A stretch of 64,000 bases of DNA from an uncultured Thiotrichaceae bacterium (GTDB taxonomy: Bacteria; Pseudomonadota; Gammaproteobacteria; SZUA-229): contig CAYXNL010000002.1 of assembly GCA_964466455.1 (NCBI GenBank), forward strand, positions 9,964-73,963. Direction: 5' to 3'. A model generated the notes under the pieces. That model was not told where the DNA came from. It saw nothing but the letters and a program-made list of their open reading frames with translations, and did not search any database. The translations under genes were made by a program, and so were the position numbers. Below, piece after piece: positions 9,424-20,603 of this stretch; the first letter of the stretch is position 1, and each line of letters opens with the position of its first letter.

Positions 9424-10035
9424 CTATTTATGTCTGCTGGAATTTTTCCGGGGTGGCCGGGTCAGTGGTTCTGTTTTCGGAATCAATATGATATTGACGC
9501 GATCACCCGGTGCCACTGGTATATTACTGCCCTGTTTCTGGCTGCCGGCTATTACAATTTTACGTACAGTATCATACACGATTTTCTGGCTTTTAACGGT
9601 ATGCGTAGGCTGACTTAACCTGGCATTACCGGTTAATACCAGAAGATGATTAGCGGTAGTGTAGACCATCTGTTTACTGGTGGCGTGTATGGTTTCATTT
9701 TTATCGGTAACGTGTGTATAGGTTGCCGGTTTGCCATGGACTTGAATACGCTCTACCTGATTGTTCTGCTGGATGACGATCACCGTGTCACCAGTGAGAA
9801 TCCGTTGGCCCTGGCGGACAGTAACATGGCCGTTATAAGTACTATCGCCGGTTTCAGTATTTAGCCGCAGATGATCGGCGTTAATATAAATTTTTTCAGC
9901 GGGTGGTGTTTTTTCCGCTGCTGCTGCGTTAGCACCTGCCAGTAGTACAAGAAAAAAAGTTAGTAGCAGTCGAAACACTGGCTGGCTGGGGTGTGTTGCG
10001 CTATTTCTGGCTGCTTTATTCATTATTTTATTCAT
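9424..10035 (-). CDS. lptA: LPS transport periplasmic protein LptA
   Basis: 203 aa with a signal peptide and an OstA-like beta-jellyroll region, in the lptC-lptA-lptB order. Confidence 0.75.
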   Translation of the reverse strand: MNKIMNKAARNSATHPSQPVFRLLLTFFLVLLAGANAAAAEKTPPAEKIYINADHLRLNTETGDSTYNGHVTVRQGQRILTGDTVIVIQQNNQVERIQVHGKPATYTHVTDKNETIHATSKQMVYTTANHLLVLTGNARLSQPTHTVKSQKIVYDTVRKIVIAGSQKQGSNIPVAPGDRVNIILIPKTEPLTRPPRKNSSRHK

Positions 10036-10616
10036 TATTTCTGGCGGACTTTATTTTCCGGAGATGGATTGACGACATAATAACCGTTCACCTTCGATTG
10101 TAGCTCCAGTATATGTTTGCGGTTGTAAAAAATCATCCCAATAGAATGTACGGTTGAGAGTCCCTGTGTAATCTGCACCGGGTCGCGGGTACGAATAATT
10201 TGTTTTCCGGTATTAATCTGCATCCGCTGACTGGTTACTTTTATTGTCTGTGGTGTGTTTTTCTGCTGCATTACAACATTGTCCTGCAGGGTAATCAGGG
10301 TATTTTGCTGATTGATAATAGCTGTGTCGGCAGTAATTCGCCATTGATTACCGGTTTGTAGAAGGTTAAATACTGGCTGCGTAAGATTAGCGTTATCTGA
10401 ATTATTGTAGCGCTCAAGGCGGGTGCCGGTCAGTGTATAGTCTGTTTTTCCGCTTATATCTATTGAGGTAAGTTTAAAGTTGTTCATAAATGCCTGTAGA
10501 TATGGCTGGTTGGTAACGCTCTGTAGTTTTTTGTCCTGTCTGGTTTTTTCTGAAACCGACCACCATGCAATGATGGCGACAATAATAAAAATGCTCAGAC
10601 CGAAAAATGTCTTCAT
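10035..10616 (-). CDS. lptC: LPS export system protein LptC
   Basis: 193 aa with an N-terminal TM anchor, sitting between kdsC and lptA. The call rests mainly on synteny. Confidence 0.6.
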   Translation of the reverse strand: MKTFFGLSIFIIVAIIAWWSVSEKTRQDKKLQSVTNQPYLQAFMNNFKLTSIDISGKTDYTLTGTRLERYNNSDNANLTQPVFNLLQTGNQWRITADTAIINQQNTLITLQDNVVMQQKNTPQTIKVTSQRMQINTGKQIIRTRDPVQITQGLSTVHSIGMIFYNRKHILELQSKVNGYYVVNPSPENKVRQK

Positions 10617-10630
10617 AAGTACAAAGGCAT

Positions 10631-11161
10631 TCAGCCCCGGTATAGATAGCTGTGCAGCTTGTCAGCAAGCAGGCCTTTGGCTTCGAGGATAAATTCACAA
10701 ACATCACGGACTGCACCATGACCGCCACAGTGCTCGGTGGTCCAGTGTGCATGTTGTTTTACAAAGGGATGTGCATTCTGTACGGCAATGGCAAAATCGA
10801 GTCGTGACATAATTGGCAGGTCAACAACATCATCACCTACATAAGCAATCTGGCTGGTACTGAGATTAACTTCTTCGAGCAGGGCCTCAAATGCTGGTGT
10901 TTTATCCCGGTAGCCCTGATACAGCAGGGTGACACCAAGGTCGGCCATACGGTGCGCCACAACATTTGATTTGCGCCCGGTGATGATGGCTACTTTTACC
11001 CCGCATTCCTGCAACATGCGCAGTCCGTGGCCGTCCAATGAATTAAAGGCTTTATATTCTTCGCCGTTATCCCCAAAAAACAGGCTGCCGTCGGTCATCA
11101 CGCCATCTATATCAAAAATGACCAGCTTAATATTTTTTGCTTTTTCGATAATGTCCTGCAT
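10631..11161 (-). CDS. kdsC: 3-deoxy-D-manno-octulosonate 8-phosphate phosphatase
   Basis: 176 aa, HAD phosphatase with the motif VIFDIDGVMTDG, in the kdsD-kdsC-lptC order. Confidence 0.8.
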   Translation of the reverse strand: MQDIIEKAKNIKLVIFDIDGVMTDGSLFFGDNGEEYKAFNSLDGHGLRMLQECGVKVAIITGRKSNVVAHRMADLGVTLLYQGYRDKTPAFEALLEEVNLSTSQIAYVGDDVVDLPIMSRLDFAIAVQNAHPFVKQHAHWTTEHCGGHGAVRDVCEFILEAKGLLADKLHSYLYRG

Positions 11162-11173
11162 AATAATAGTCTT

Positions 11174-12187
11174 TTAGATAATTCCGGCGCGTAATACATC
11201 GTGCATATTAAAGGCACCAATCAGAATATTGTTCTCGTCTGTAACCAGTAGTCCGTTGATGCCGCGATCTTCTATTATCTTTACAGCGCTTGCTGCCAGT
11301 GTATCTGCGGTAGTTGTGCGGCAGTTAGCTGTCATAACCTCTTCTACCAGGGTGGTACGTACGTCGATATCATTATCCAGTGAACGGCGTAAATCACCAT
11401 CAGTATAGATACCGATAACTTTATTATCACTATCGACAATGGCGGTCATTCCCAGACCTTTCTTGCTCATTTCCAGCAGAGCCTGTGATACGGTCGCATT
11501 TTTATTTACCTGCGGAACGTGTTCATGTTGATGCATAATATCGGCAACATGCAGTAATAAGCGTCTGCCCAGGCTGCCACCGGGGTGGGATAAGGCAAAA
11601 TCGTCGGCAGTAAAGCCTTTTGCCTGTAACAGGGTAACAGCTAGTGCATCGCCCATTACCAGGGCAACCGTTGTGCTGGATGTGGGGGCAAGATCATGCG
11701 GGCAGGCTTCTTTGGAGACGCTAACATCCAGATTAACATCCGCCTGGATAGCCAGTGTTGAGGCGGGGTCTCCGGTCATACTGATCAGCGGTACGCCAAA
11801 ACGTTTTAGCACCGGAATGATAATCGTTATTTCAGCTGTGTTGCCAGAGTTGGATAAAGCCAGTACAACATCTTTGCGGGTGATCATACCAAGGTCACCA
11901 TGACTGGCTTCGCCGGGGTGAACAAAAAAAGCTGGCGTACCGGTGCTGGCCAGCGTAGCGGCTATTTTACCGCCAATATGACCGGATTTACCCATGCCGG
12001 TTACTACGATCCGGCCTTCGCAAGCCAGTATAATGTTGCAGGCGTGCGCAAAATCTTCATTAATCCGCGAACGTAATGCTGCCACTTCATTGTGTTCAAT
12101 ATCAATAACTTGCCTACCAAGACGCAGGTAATCGTCCTTACTGAATACTCCGGCAGGAACAGAGTACTGGTTCTTGTCGGTAGTCAT
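11174..12187 (-). CDS. kdsD: Arabinose-5-phosphate isomerase
   Basis: 337 aa with a SIS domain (GMGKSGHIG) plus tandem CBS domains. Confidence 0.85.
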   Translation of the reverse strand: MTTDKNQYSVPAGVFSKDDYLRLGRQVIDIEHNEVAALRSRINEDFAHACNIILACEGRIVVTGMGKSGHIGGKIAATLASTGTPAFFVHPGEASHGDLGMITRKDVVLALSNSGNTAEITIIIPVLKRFGVPLISMTGDPASTLAIQADVNLDVSVSKEACPHDLAPTSSTTVALVMGDALAVTLLQAKGFTADDFALSHPGGSLGRRLLLHVADIMHQHEHVPQVNKNATVSQALLEMSKKGLGMTAIVDSDNKVIGIYTDGDLRRSLDNDIDVRTTLVEEVMTANCRTTTADTLAASAVKIIEDRGINGLLVTDENNILIGAFNMHDVLRAGII

Positions 12188-12233
12188 CGGTTGTTCTCGT
12201 TAATGGAGGGTGAAGTGTTTTTTATCATAGGGT

Positions 12234-13202
12234 CTATTTTATTACAGTAAAAAATAACAGGCACTGGTAACCGATAAAAGCGGCGAGCAGGATACCACCT
12301 TCAATGCGATTAATACGGCCAGGGCCACGAAAGCCATAGGCCATGATAAACAGTGCAATGGTGAGGATAAATAAAATGGGCATATCACGCTGCATAATGC
12401 CATGTGCCAGTCTGGACGGTGCGATTATACCGGGTACTGCCAGAACACCCAGTGTATTGAACAGGTTTGAACCAACGACATTGCCAATGACAATATCGTG
12501 TTCTTTTCTTAGTGAACCGGTAATCGAGGTTGCCAGTTCTGGCAGGCTGGTACCAACGGCAATAATTGTCAGGCCGATAGCCAGATCGCTGATGCCAAAG
12601 GCAACCGCAATATTTACCGCACCCCAGACCAGTATTTTAGAACTGATTGTTAGTAAAATCAGGCCGCCTATGAGCCAGAACAGGGCGGTGGGGGTAGACA
12701 TGGGTTTTGGTGGTTCACCCATAATTTCTTCTGACAGCATATCTTCTGTAGGATTTTGAATGCCTTCGCGAGTCATCCACCACATCAGTAAAAACAGCAT
12801 ACTGAGTAGAATAAAACCATCAAAACGGCTTAATGTCATATCTTGCATCAGTATTAGAGCCAGCAGCATGGCACCAAGTAATACAGGAAGTTCTCTTTTA
12901 ATAATGCGTGAATGGACATCCAGCGGCGCAATCAGGGCGGCAACCCCCAGCACCAGAGTAATATTGGTAATATTGGAACCAATCGCATTGCCGATGGCCA
13001 TTGCCGGGCTGCCATCGTATGCGGCAAAAATGGCAACCATAATTTCCGGTACTGAGGTGCCGAAACCAACAATGGTCAGACCGATAATGAGAGGGGGAAC
13101 ATTAAAATTACGTGCGGTGGCCACCGCACCACAGATAAACCGGTCGGCGCTCCAGATAAGCAGGATAAAACCACCGATGATAGCGATACAATCTGATAGC
13201 AT
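12234..13202 (-). CDS. yrbG: Ca2+/Na+ antiporter family inner-membrane protein YrbG
   Basis: CaCA-type duplicated alpha-repeats (GTSxPE twice). The start was moved to the Met of MLSDCIAI at 13202, because the track ORF extends to 13289. Confidence 0.7.
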   Translation of the reverse strand: MLSDCIAIIGGFILLIWSADRFICGAVATARNFNVPPLIIGLTIVGFGTSVPEIMVAIFAAYDGSPAMAIGNAIGSNITNITLVLGVAALIAPLDVHSRIIKRELPVLLGAMLLALILMQDMTLSRFDGFILLSMLFLLMWWMTREGIQNPTEDMLSEEIMGEPPKPMSTPTALFWLIGGLILLTISSKILVWGAVNIAVAFGISDLAIGLTIIAVGTSLPELATSITGSLRKEHDIVIGNVVGSNLFNTLGVLAVPGIIAPSRLAHGIMQRDMPILFILTIALFIMAYGFRGPGRINRIEGGILLAAFIGYQCLLFFTVIK

Positions 13203-13336
13203 GGTACCTTTGTTACAGTTACAGTAAAATGCGAAGATTACGCTATGCAGTAGGTTTAGGGAACCTCTGTTTACCGGGTTGCTGCGCAAGGGTGGAGAAC
13301 ACCCGGATAATAACTGCGGGGTTTGTATGCGGATTT

Positions 13337-13364
13337 AAATATATTACTTAAAATATATTACTTA
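13337..13364. repeat. Perfect tandem direct repeat, 2 x 14 bp (AAATATATTACTTA), in the yrbG/mlaF divergent promoter region
   Basis: Read directly from the sequence: aaatatattactta aaatatattactta. Confidence 0.6.
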
Positions 13365-13427
13365 CGCCCGTGTCTGTTCAGATGATAGAATCCGCAAAAT
13401 TTATTAATAACTTCAGGGGCTGGTTTT

Positions 13428-14237
13428 TTGCATAGTGATATTCTGGTTAAGATCTCAGATCTGCATTTTAGCCACGGTGAACATAATATTTTTAATGGCC
13501 TGACACTGGATATTCCGCGTCAGGGTATTACTGCGATAATGGGCCCTAGTGGTACGGGAAAAACCACTCTGCTTAAACTTATCGGCGGGCAGTTAATTCC
13601 CGACTCCGGTGAAGTTACTGTTAACGGTTTACCGGTTCATCGTCTTAAAACCCGCGAATTATATGCTTTGCGCAAACGCATGGGGATGTTATTTCAGTCC
13701 GGCGCGTTGCTTACCGACCTGAGTGTGTTTGAAAATGTAGCTTATCCGGTAAGGGAACATACTGCGTTAAGTGAAACCATGATCCGTGAATTAGTCCTGA
13801 TGAAGCTGAATGCGGTTGGCTTACGGGGAGCCGCACAGTTAATGCCGTCCGAGCTATCCGGTGGTATGGCCAGACGTGTGGCCCTGGCAAGAGCAATGGC
13901 TCTGGACCCGATGATGATTATGTATGATGAGCCATTTACCGGGCAGGATCCTATTTCCATGGGGGTGCTGGTGCGCCTGATCCGTGAATTAAACTCAGCG
14001 CTGGATATCTGTAGCATTGTGGTGTCGCATGATGTCCCGGAAACACTGTCAATTGCTGATTATGTACATATTATTTCAGCGGGTAAGGTGGTTGAAAGTG
14101 GCACGCCGGATGCGTTGGCTAGTAGCACATCGACATGGACAAGGCAGTTTATTGATGGTCTGCCCGATGGTCCGGTTCCGTTTCATTATCCTGCGCAGGA
14201 CTTGCTGGATGATCTTTATCATTTGGCCGGGTCATAA
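13428..14237 (+). CDS. mlaF: Phospholipid ABC transporter ATP-binding protein MlaF
   Basis: 269 aa with ABC motifs (GPSGTGKTT, LSGGMARRVALARA) and a C-terminal MlaF extension, first gene of a mlaFEDCB run. Confidence 0.85.
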   Translation: MHSDILVKISDLHFSHGEHNIFNGLTLDIPRQGITAIMGPSGTGKTTLLKLIGGQLIPDSGEVTVNGLPVHRLKTRELYALRKRMGMLFQSGALLTDLSVFENVAYPVREHTALSETMIRELVLMKLNAVGLRGAAQLMPSELSGGMARRVALARAMALDPMMIMYDEPFTGQDPISMGVLVRLIRELNSALDICSIVVSHDVPETLSIADYVHIISAGKVVESGTPDALASSTSTWTRQFIDGLPDGPVPFHYPAQDLLDDLYHLAGS

Positions 14238-15022
14238 TGTTGCTGAATTTTTTACAGAAAATTGGGTATACGACGCTTTCGTTCTTCCAGCGTCTGGGGC
14301 GCGGTAGTGTCTTCTTTGTTCGGGTACTGTTCAGCAGTTTCAGCGTACTGGTGCGCCCGAATCTGCTGATTCAACAGATGTACTCGGTAGGGGTGCGGAC
14401 ATTAATTATTATTGTGGTTGCCGGTTTATTTGTGGGCATGGTGATGGCGCTGCAATCGTATTACGTACTGGTGGATTTTGGTGCAGAGAATTCGGTAGGC
14501 GTTATGGTGGCATTGTCATTATTACGTGAGCTGGGGCCAGTGGTTACTGCGCTTTTGTTTGCTGGCCGTGCCGGTTCGGCATTAACAGCTGAAATCGGCC
14601 TGATGAAAGCAACGGATCAGCTTTCGGGAATGGAAATGATGGCAGTTAATCCGATGCAACGGGTAATTGCCCCGCGCTTTTTTGCCGGGATGTTATCCAT
14701 GCCTATGCTGGCAATAATATTCAGCGCGATGGGTATGCTGGGTGCCTATATGGTTGCTGTCGGCTTATTGGGTCTGGATTATGGTGTATTCTGGTCGCAG
14801 GCTCAGGCCAAAGTGGATTTGTATCTGGATATTTATAATGGCATTATAAAAAGTTGTATTTTCGGGGTGGTTGTCACCTGGATTGCGGTTTTTGAAGGCT
14901 ATGACTGCGTGCCTACTTCGGAAGGTCTGGGACAGGCGACAACTCGCACTGTTGTACATAGTTCACTGGCTATTCTGTTTCTGGATTTTGTGCTAACGGC
15001 AATTATGTTTAGTAGTAATTAA
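14237..15022 (+). CDS. mlaE: Phospholipid ABC transporter permease MlaE
   Basis: 261-aa polytopic membrane protein of the MlaE/Ttg2B family, overlapping the mlaF stop. Confidence 0.85.
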   Translation: MLLNFLQKIGYTTLSFFQRLGRGSVFFVRVLFSSFSVLVRPNLLIQQMYSVGVRTLIIIVVAGLFVGMVMALQSYYVLVDFGAENSVGVMVALSLLRELGPVVTALLFAGRAGSALTAEIGLMKATDQLSGMEMMAVNPMQRVIAPRFFAGMLSMPMLAIIFSAMGMLGAYMVAVGLLGLDYGVFWSQAQAKVDLYLDIYNGIIKSCIFGVVVTWIAVFEGYDCVPTSEGLGQATTRTVVHSSLAILFLDFVLTAIMFSSN

Positions 15023-15066
15023 TGGAAACTGAGAAGTTGTTGTATTTGATGACACGAGAATAAGTA

Positions 15067-15537
15067 ATGAGTACACGAAAATTTGAAATTATGGTAGGCC
15101 TGTTTGTGGCGGCTGCTATTGCCGCCTTCTTTATGCTGGCGATGAATGTCAGTAATATGAGCACCTATAGTGACCATAAAGGTTATGAGTTAACCGCGAG
15201 TTTCGACAATATCGGTGGCCTGAAAGTGCGCGCTCCGGTTTCTGCCAGTGGGGTTGTGGTTGGCCGTGTAACGGCAATTGGCTACGATAGTAATAGCTAT
15301 GAAGCCGTGGTACATATGAAGATAAATTCAAAATATAATAAATTTCCGCTAGATACGGCAGCCAGTGTATTGACCTCCGGGTTACTGGGGGAACAGTATA
15401 TTGGGTTTGCTCCGGGTGCAGATGATAAATATCTGAAACAGGGAGATAGCATTGAACTGACGCAGTCGGCTATTGTCCTTGAACAGATAATAGGCCAGTT
15501 TCTTTATGGCAAGTCTGGTGAAGGCAAGAATAAATAG
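15067..15537 (+). CDS. mlaD: MCE-domain protein MlaD
   Basis: 156 aa with an N-terminal TM segment and an MCE domain. Confidence 0.8.
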   Translation: MSTRKFEIMVGLFVAAAIAAFFMLAMNVSNMSTYSDHKGYELTASFDNIGGLKVRAPVSASGVVVGRVTAIGYDSNSYEAVVHMKINSKYNKFPLDTAASVLTSGLLGEQYIGFAPGADDKYLKQGDSIELTQSAIVLEQIIGQFLYGKSGEGKNK

Positions 15538-15558
15538 GTCTGGCTAAGGTAAGGAACT

Positions 15559-16194
15559 ATGCAAAAAATGAAATCTATACTACGGCAACTAACTGTTTTT
15601 ACTGTGGTTGCTGTGATTTATTGTGGTAATGCTTATGCGGTAGATACTGAATCACCTGTGGCATTATTGAAACGTACATCGGAACAGGTTATTAAAATTC
15701 TGGTTGATGAACAACAAGAGCTAAAACACAACCCTGATCGGGTTTATGAAATTGTCGATAAATATATTCTGCCAAACCTTGATGATATCACTATGGCGAA
15801 GCTGGCATTAGGGAAAAACTGGCGGATAGCAACCCGGCAACAAAAGATAGCTTTTGTTAAAGCATTCAGAAATCTCCTGGTGCGAACATACAGCAAGTCC
15901 CTGCTTCAATTTAAAGACCGGAAAATTAAGTTTTTTCCGGTAAATATTACAAAAGAAACAACAATAATATCGGTAAGAGCTGAAGTTATTCAACCCGGCG
16001 GTCCGCCAGTTCCGCTGTCCTATCGTATGCGAAAAAAAGATAATGTATGGAAAGTTTATGACATTAGTGTTGATGGTATCAGTCTGGTTACCAGCTACCG
16101 TGGTACCTTTACCCAGCAGGTTCGGGAAAGTGGTATTGATGGTCTGCTGAAATACCTGCATGAGAAAGATGGCCAGTTAAATGCCGAAAAGTAG
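15559..16194 (+). CDS. mlaC: Periplasmic phospholipid-binding protein MlaC (Ttg2D)
   Basis: 211 aa with a signal peptide and Tgt2/MlaC family features, in conserved order. Confidence 0.75.
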   Translation: MQKMKSILRQLTVFTVVAVIYCGNAYAVDTESPVALLKRTSEQVIKILVDEQQELKHNPDRVYEIVDKYILPNLDDITMAKLALGKNWRIATRQQKIAFVKAFRNLLVRTYSKSLLQFKDRKIKFFPVNITKETTIISVRAEVIQPGGPPVPLSYRMRKKDNVWKVYDISVDGISLVTSYRGTFTQQVRESGIDGLLKYLHEKDGQLNAEK

Positions 16195-16244
16195 CAGTTA
16201 ATTATGTTTCCGTTTATTATTTCATTCCGGTTTTATCCCTTTCA

Positions 16245-16583
16245 ATGATGAAAAAAAGGGAGAACGCATCACAGGCAAGCGTTACGCTGGTTGATAACCG
16301 CTGTTTTCAACTGCAGGGGAAACTGAATTTTGCCACGGTTCCGCTACTGGTTCGCACGATGATGAAGGACATACGTGGCGCTACACTGGATAAACAGTTT
16401 GAACTGGACCTGAGTAAAGTTACCTATGGAGACAGTGCCAGTGTTGCGATGCTGCTGGAAGTAAACCGTATGGGTTTATTGGTTAAGCGGAAAATGCAAA
16501 TCAGGGATATGCCGCAGCAGATGGAAATCATTGCCCGCGCCCACGGAGTAGATGGACTGCTGGATGTCATGTTAATACACTGA
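16245..16583 (+). CDS. mlaB: STAS-domain protein MlaB
   Basis: 112-aa STAS/anti-sigma-antagonist-like protein after mlaC. The start is uncertain. Confidence 0.6.
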   Translation: MMKKRENASQASVTLVDNRCFQLQGKLNFATVPLLVRTMMKDIRGATLDKQFELDLSKVTYGDSASVAMLLEVNRMGLLVKRKMQIRDMPQQMEIIARAHGVDGLLDVMLIH

Positions 16584-17933
<1,350 letters not shown>

Positions 17934-17976
17934 AGCCGCATTCAATTTTAACAAATATAACAGTGAAAACGAACGA

Positions 17977-18645
17977 GTGAAATATTCAGACGCAGATAAT
18001 GGTGACCCTGCTCAATACACAAAGGGTATTACCATTGCCTTATCCAAAGGGCGTATTTTTAAGGAAACCCTGCCTTTGCTGGCGGCGGCGGATATCATCC
18101 CGCTGGATGATCCTGAAAAAAGCCGTAAGTTAATTCTCGATACCAATCATAACGATGTCAAATTACTAATTATCCGTGCAACCGATGTGCCGACATACGT
18201 ACAGTTTGGTGCGGCAGACCTTGGCGTGGCCGGTAAAGATGTATTAATGGAACATGGTGGTGAAGGCTTATATGAGCCGCTGGATCTGAAAATTGCCTGC
18301 TGCCGATTGATGACGGCCGGTCTGATAGAGCCGAAACCACGACGTAACGGAAATTTGCGCGTAGCGACTAAATTTACCAATGTGGCAAAACGTTATTTTG
18401 AGTCGCGTGGAGAGCAGGTTGAATTAATTAAATTGTATGGTTCGATGGAACTGGGGCCGGTTGTTGGTTTGTCTGATTTAATTGTTGATGTGGTGGATAC
18501 CGGTAATACCTTAAAAGCTAATGGATTAAAGCCGGTGGATCATATTGCTGATATCAGCTCGCGACTGGTGGTTAACCGTGCAGCAATGAAGATGAAATAT
18601 AAAAGAATAACAGATATTATTGAACAGATTCGACAGGTGGTATAA
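17977..18645 (+). CDS. hisG: ATP phosphoribosyltransferase, short (HisZ-dependent) form
   Basis: The conserved region starts at [10 protein letters not shown] and there is no C-terminal regulatory domain. The track ORF overlaps murA, so I placed the start at GTG 17977. The exact start is uncertain. Confidence 0.7.
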   Translation: MKYSDADNGDPAQYTKGITIALSKGRIFKETLPLLAAADIIPLDDPEKSRKLILDTNHNDVKLLIIRATDVPTYVQFGAADLGVAGKDVLMEHGGEGLYEPLDLKIACCRLMTAGLIEPKPRRNGNLRVATKFTNVAKRYFESRGEQVELIKLYGSMELGPVVGLSDLIVDVVDTGNTLKANGLKPVDHIADISSRLVVNRAAMKMKYKRITDIIEQIRQVV

Positions 18646-18649
18646 CGCT

Positions 18650-19951
18650 ATGTTAAAGATAAAACAACTGTCATTCCGGGAGGAAAATTTCTGGTCAAAA
18701 CTGGATACCTGCCTTGCCTGGGAGATGAATATTGGTGGTAATGTATCACAGGTTGTGGCTAAAATTCTGGCGGATGTAAAAGAACGCGGTAATCAGGCAT
18801 TGCTTGAATACACGAACCGTTTTGACCGTATGCAATTAAGTTCGGCGCAGGCGCTGGAACTGAGTGCAGAGCATTTACATCGGGCACTGGCGAAAATTGA
18901 TGATGTACAACGTGAGGCGCTGGAAAAATCTGCGAGCCGCATTGGTCAATATGCCGAGCATCAGAAGATAGAATCATGGTCCTATACCGAGGAAGACGGT
19001 ACCGTACTGGGACAGAAAGTCACCGCGATGGATCGTGTGGGTCTGTATGTGCCAGGTGGTAAAGCCGCTTATCCATCATCGGTTTTAATGAATGCCATTC
19101 CAGCTAAAGTTGCCGGGGTGCCGGAACTGATTATGGTAGTGCCAACGCCGGATGGTGAAAAAAATAATCTGGTGCTGGCTGCGGCTGCAATTGCCGGGGT
19201 TGACCGGGTGTTTACTATTGGTGGAGCGCAGGCAATTGCGGCGCTGGCTTACGGTACGGAAACCATCCCTAAGGTGGACAAAATTACCGGCCCGGGGAAC
19301 TCGTATGTGGCTACTGCAAAACGTATGGTGTACGGGGTGGTCGGGATTGATATGATTGCCGGGCCATCGGAAATTCTGGTCGTCTGTGATGGTAAAACCC
19401 GTGCCGACTGGATTGCGATGGATCTGTTTTCACAGGCGGAACACGATGAAGAAGCACAGTCAATTCTGGTTTGTAGCGATGATGATTTTATTGAACAGGT
19501 AAAAAACAGTATAGAAAAACTGCTGGCAGAAATGCCGCGTAAGGCAATTATTCAGGCTTCACTGGAAAACCGTGCGGTTATCATTAAAGCCGAAGGTATG
19601 GAATCTGCAATAGAAATTGCCAACCATATTGCTCCTGAACATCTTGAATTGTCAGTCGATAATGCCGAGCAATGGGCGCAGAAGATTCACCATGCCGGGG
19701 CTATTTTTATGGGGCGTTACACGGCAGAAGCACTGGGCGATTATTGTGCCGGGCCTAACCATGTGCTCCCTACCTCGGGTACCGCACGTTTTTCCTCACC
19801 GTTGGGGGTGTACGATTTTCAAAAACGTTCCAGCCTGATTGGTTGCTCTGTACAGGGTGCGTCGGAGTTAGGTAAGGTTGCATCAACACTGGCGCATGGA
19901 GAAGGCCTGTACGCACATGCACGTTCGGCTGAATACCGGGTTAAGACGTAG
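18650..19951 (+). CDS. hisD: Histidinol dehydrogenase
   Basis: 433 aa from ATG 18650, HisD family (GPGNxYV, AGPSE, HGEGL motifs). Confidence 0.9.
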   Translation: MLKIKQLSFREENFWSKLDTCLAWEMNIGGNVSQVVAKILADVKERGNQALLEYTNRFDRMQLSSAQALELSAEHLHRALAKIDDVQREALEKSASRIGQYAEHQKIESWSYTEEDGTVLGQKVTAMDRVGLYVPGGKAAYPSSVLMNAIPAKVAGVPELIMVVPTPDGEKNNLVLAAAAIAGVDRVFTIGGAQAIAALAYGTETIPKVDKITGPGNSYVATAKRMVYGVVGIDMIAGPSEILVVCDGKTRADWIAMDLFSQAEHDEEAQSILVCSDDDFIEQVKNSIEKLLAEMPRKAIIQASLENRAVIIKAEGMESAIEIANHIAPEHLELSVDNAEQWAQKIHHAGAIFMGRYTAEALGDYCAGPNHVLPTSGTARFSSPLGVYDFQKRSSLIGCSVQGASELGKVASTLAHGEGLYAHARSAEYRVKT

Positions 19952-19957
19952 CTCCCC

Positions 19958-19990
19958 GAAAAAAGGGCGTGGAGATTGCTCTCCACGCCC
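19958..19990. terminator. Hairpin terminator between convergent hisD and hsp20 (T-run on the minus-strand side)
   Basis: aaaaaa GGGCGTGGAG attgct CTCCACGCCC: a 10-bp GC-rich stem. On the minus strand it is followed by TTTTTT. Confidence 0.6.
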
Positions 19991-20034
19991 TGCCTGAGTG
20001 CCAATGGGTCTGGCAAGGTTCTACATCCGCCTGA

Positions 20035-20472
20035 TTAATGCTGTACTTCTATACGCCGAGACAGCGCAACTTCCTGTTTAGGGATGGTAATGGTTAATAC
20101 GCCATGTTCTGATTTTGCAGCAATTTTATCGGCATCAGCACTGTCCGGTAGCGTGAAACGGCGGTAGAAAGTGCCGCTCTGGCGTTCAACACGGCGGAAG
20201 TTTTCCTTCTCTTCAACTGTTTCAGTATTACGCTCACCCTTAATGGTTAAGACTCCTTTTTCCATTGAAATATCAATATTATCAGGGTTGACGCCGGGAA
20301 TATCTGCGACCAGTTTAAATTCTGCGTCATTCTCACTGATGTCAACAGATGGTGCCCAGCTCGCGGTTGCGACATTTTCATCATCATTCAATTTGGCCAG
20401 TTCTGGATTGATTAGTTCACGCTGAAGCTGATTAAACAAATTCCAGGGGTTGTTGTATCGTACTAAGCTCAT
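20035..20472 (-). CDS. Small heat-shock protein, Hsp20/alpha-crystallin family (IbpA-like)
   Basis: 145 aa with an alpha-crystallin domain pattern (FKLVADIPG...GVLTI), a strong GAGGAG RBS and a sigma32-like promoter upstream. Confidence 0.8.
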   Translation of the reverse strand: MSLVRYNNPWNLFNQLQRELINPELAKLNDDENVATASWAPSVDISENDAEFKLVADIPGVNPDNIDISMEKGVLTIKGERNTETVEEKENFRRVERQSGTFYRRFTLPDSADADKIAAKSEHGVLTITIPKQEVALSRRIEVQH

Positions 20473-20510
20473 GGTTTGTACTCCTCATAGTAATTCATTG
20501 CTGTAAAATA

Positions 20511-20539
20511 ATTTAGGGGCGATTTTTTTTATTTCAAGG
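20511..20539 (-). promoter_or_regulatory. Putative sigma32-type heat-shock promoter of the hsp20 gene
   Basis: The minus strand reads CCTTGAAA-12nt-CCCCTAAAT, close to the E. coli sigma32 consensus CTTGAAA ... CCCCATNT. Confidence 0.45.
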
Positions 20540-20603
20540 CCTTTTTTTATTTTTTTATTAACCACGTATAATGTCCGCCATAACCTAACTAGTCGAGAGT
20601 GTT

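Noticed and set aside
19819-20016. 65-aa minus-strand ORF between hisD and hsp20
   Set aside because: It overlaps the hisD 3' end and the intergenic terminator hairpin. It has no RBS and the region is better explained as a terminator.
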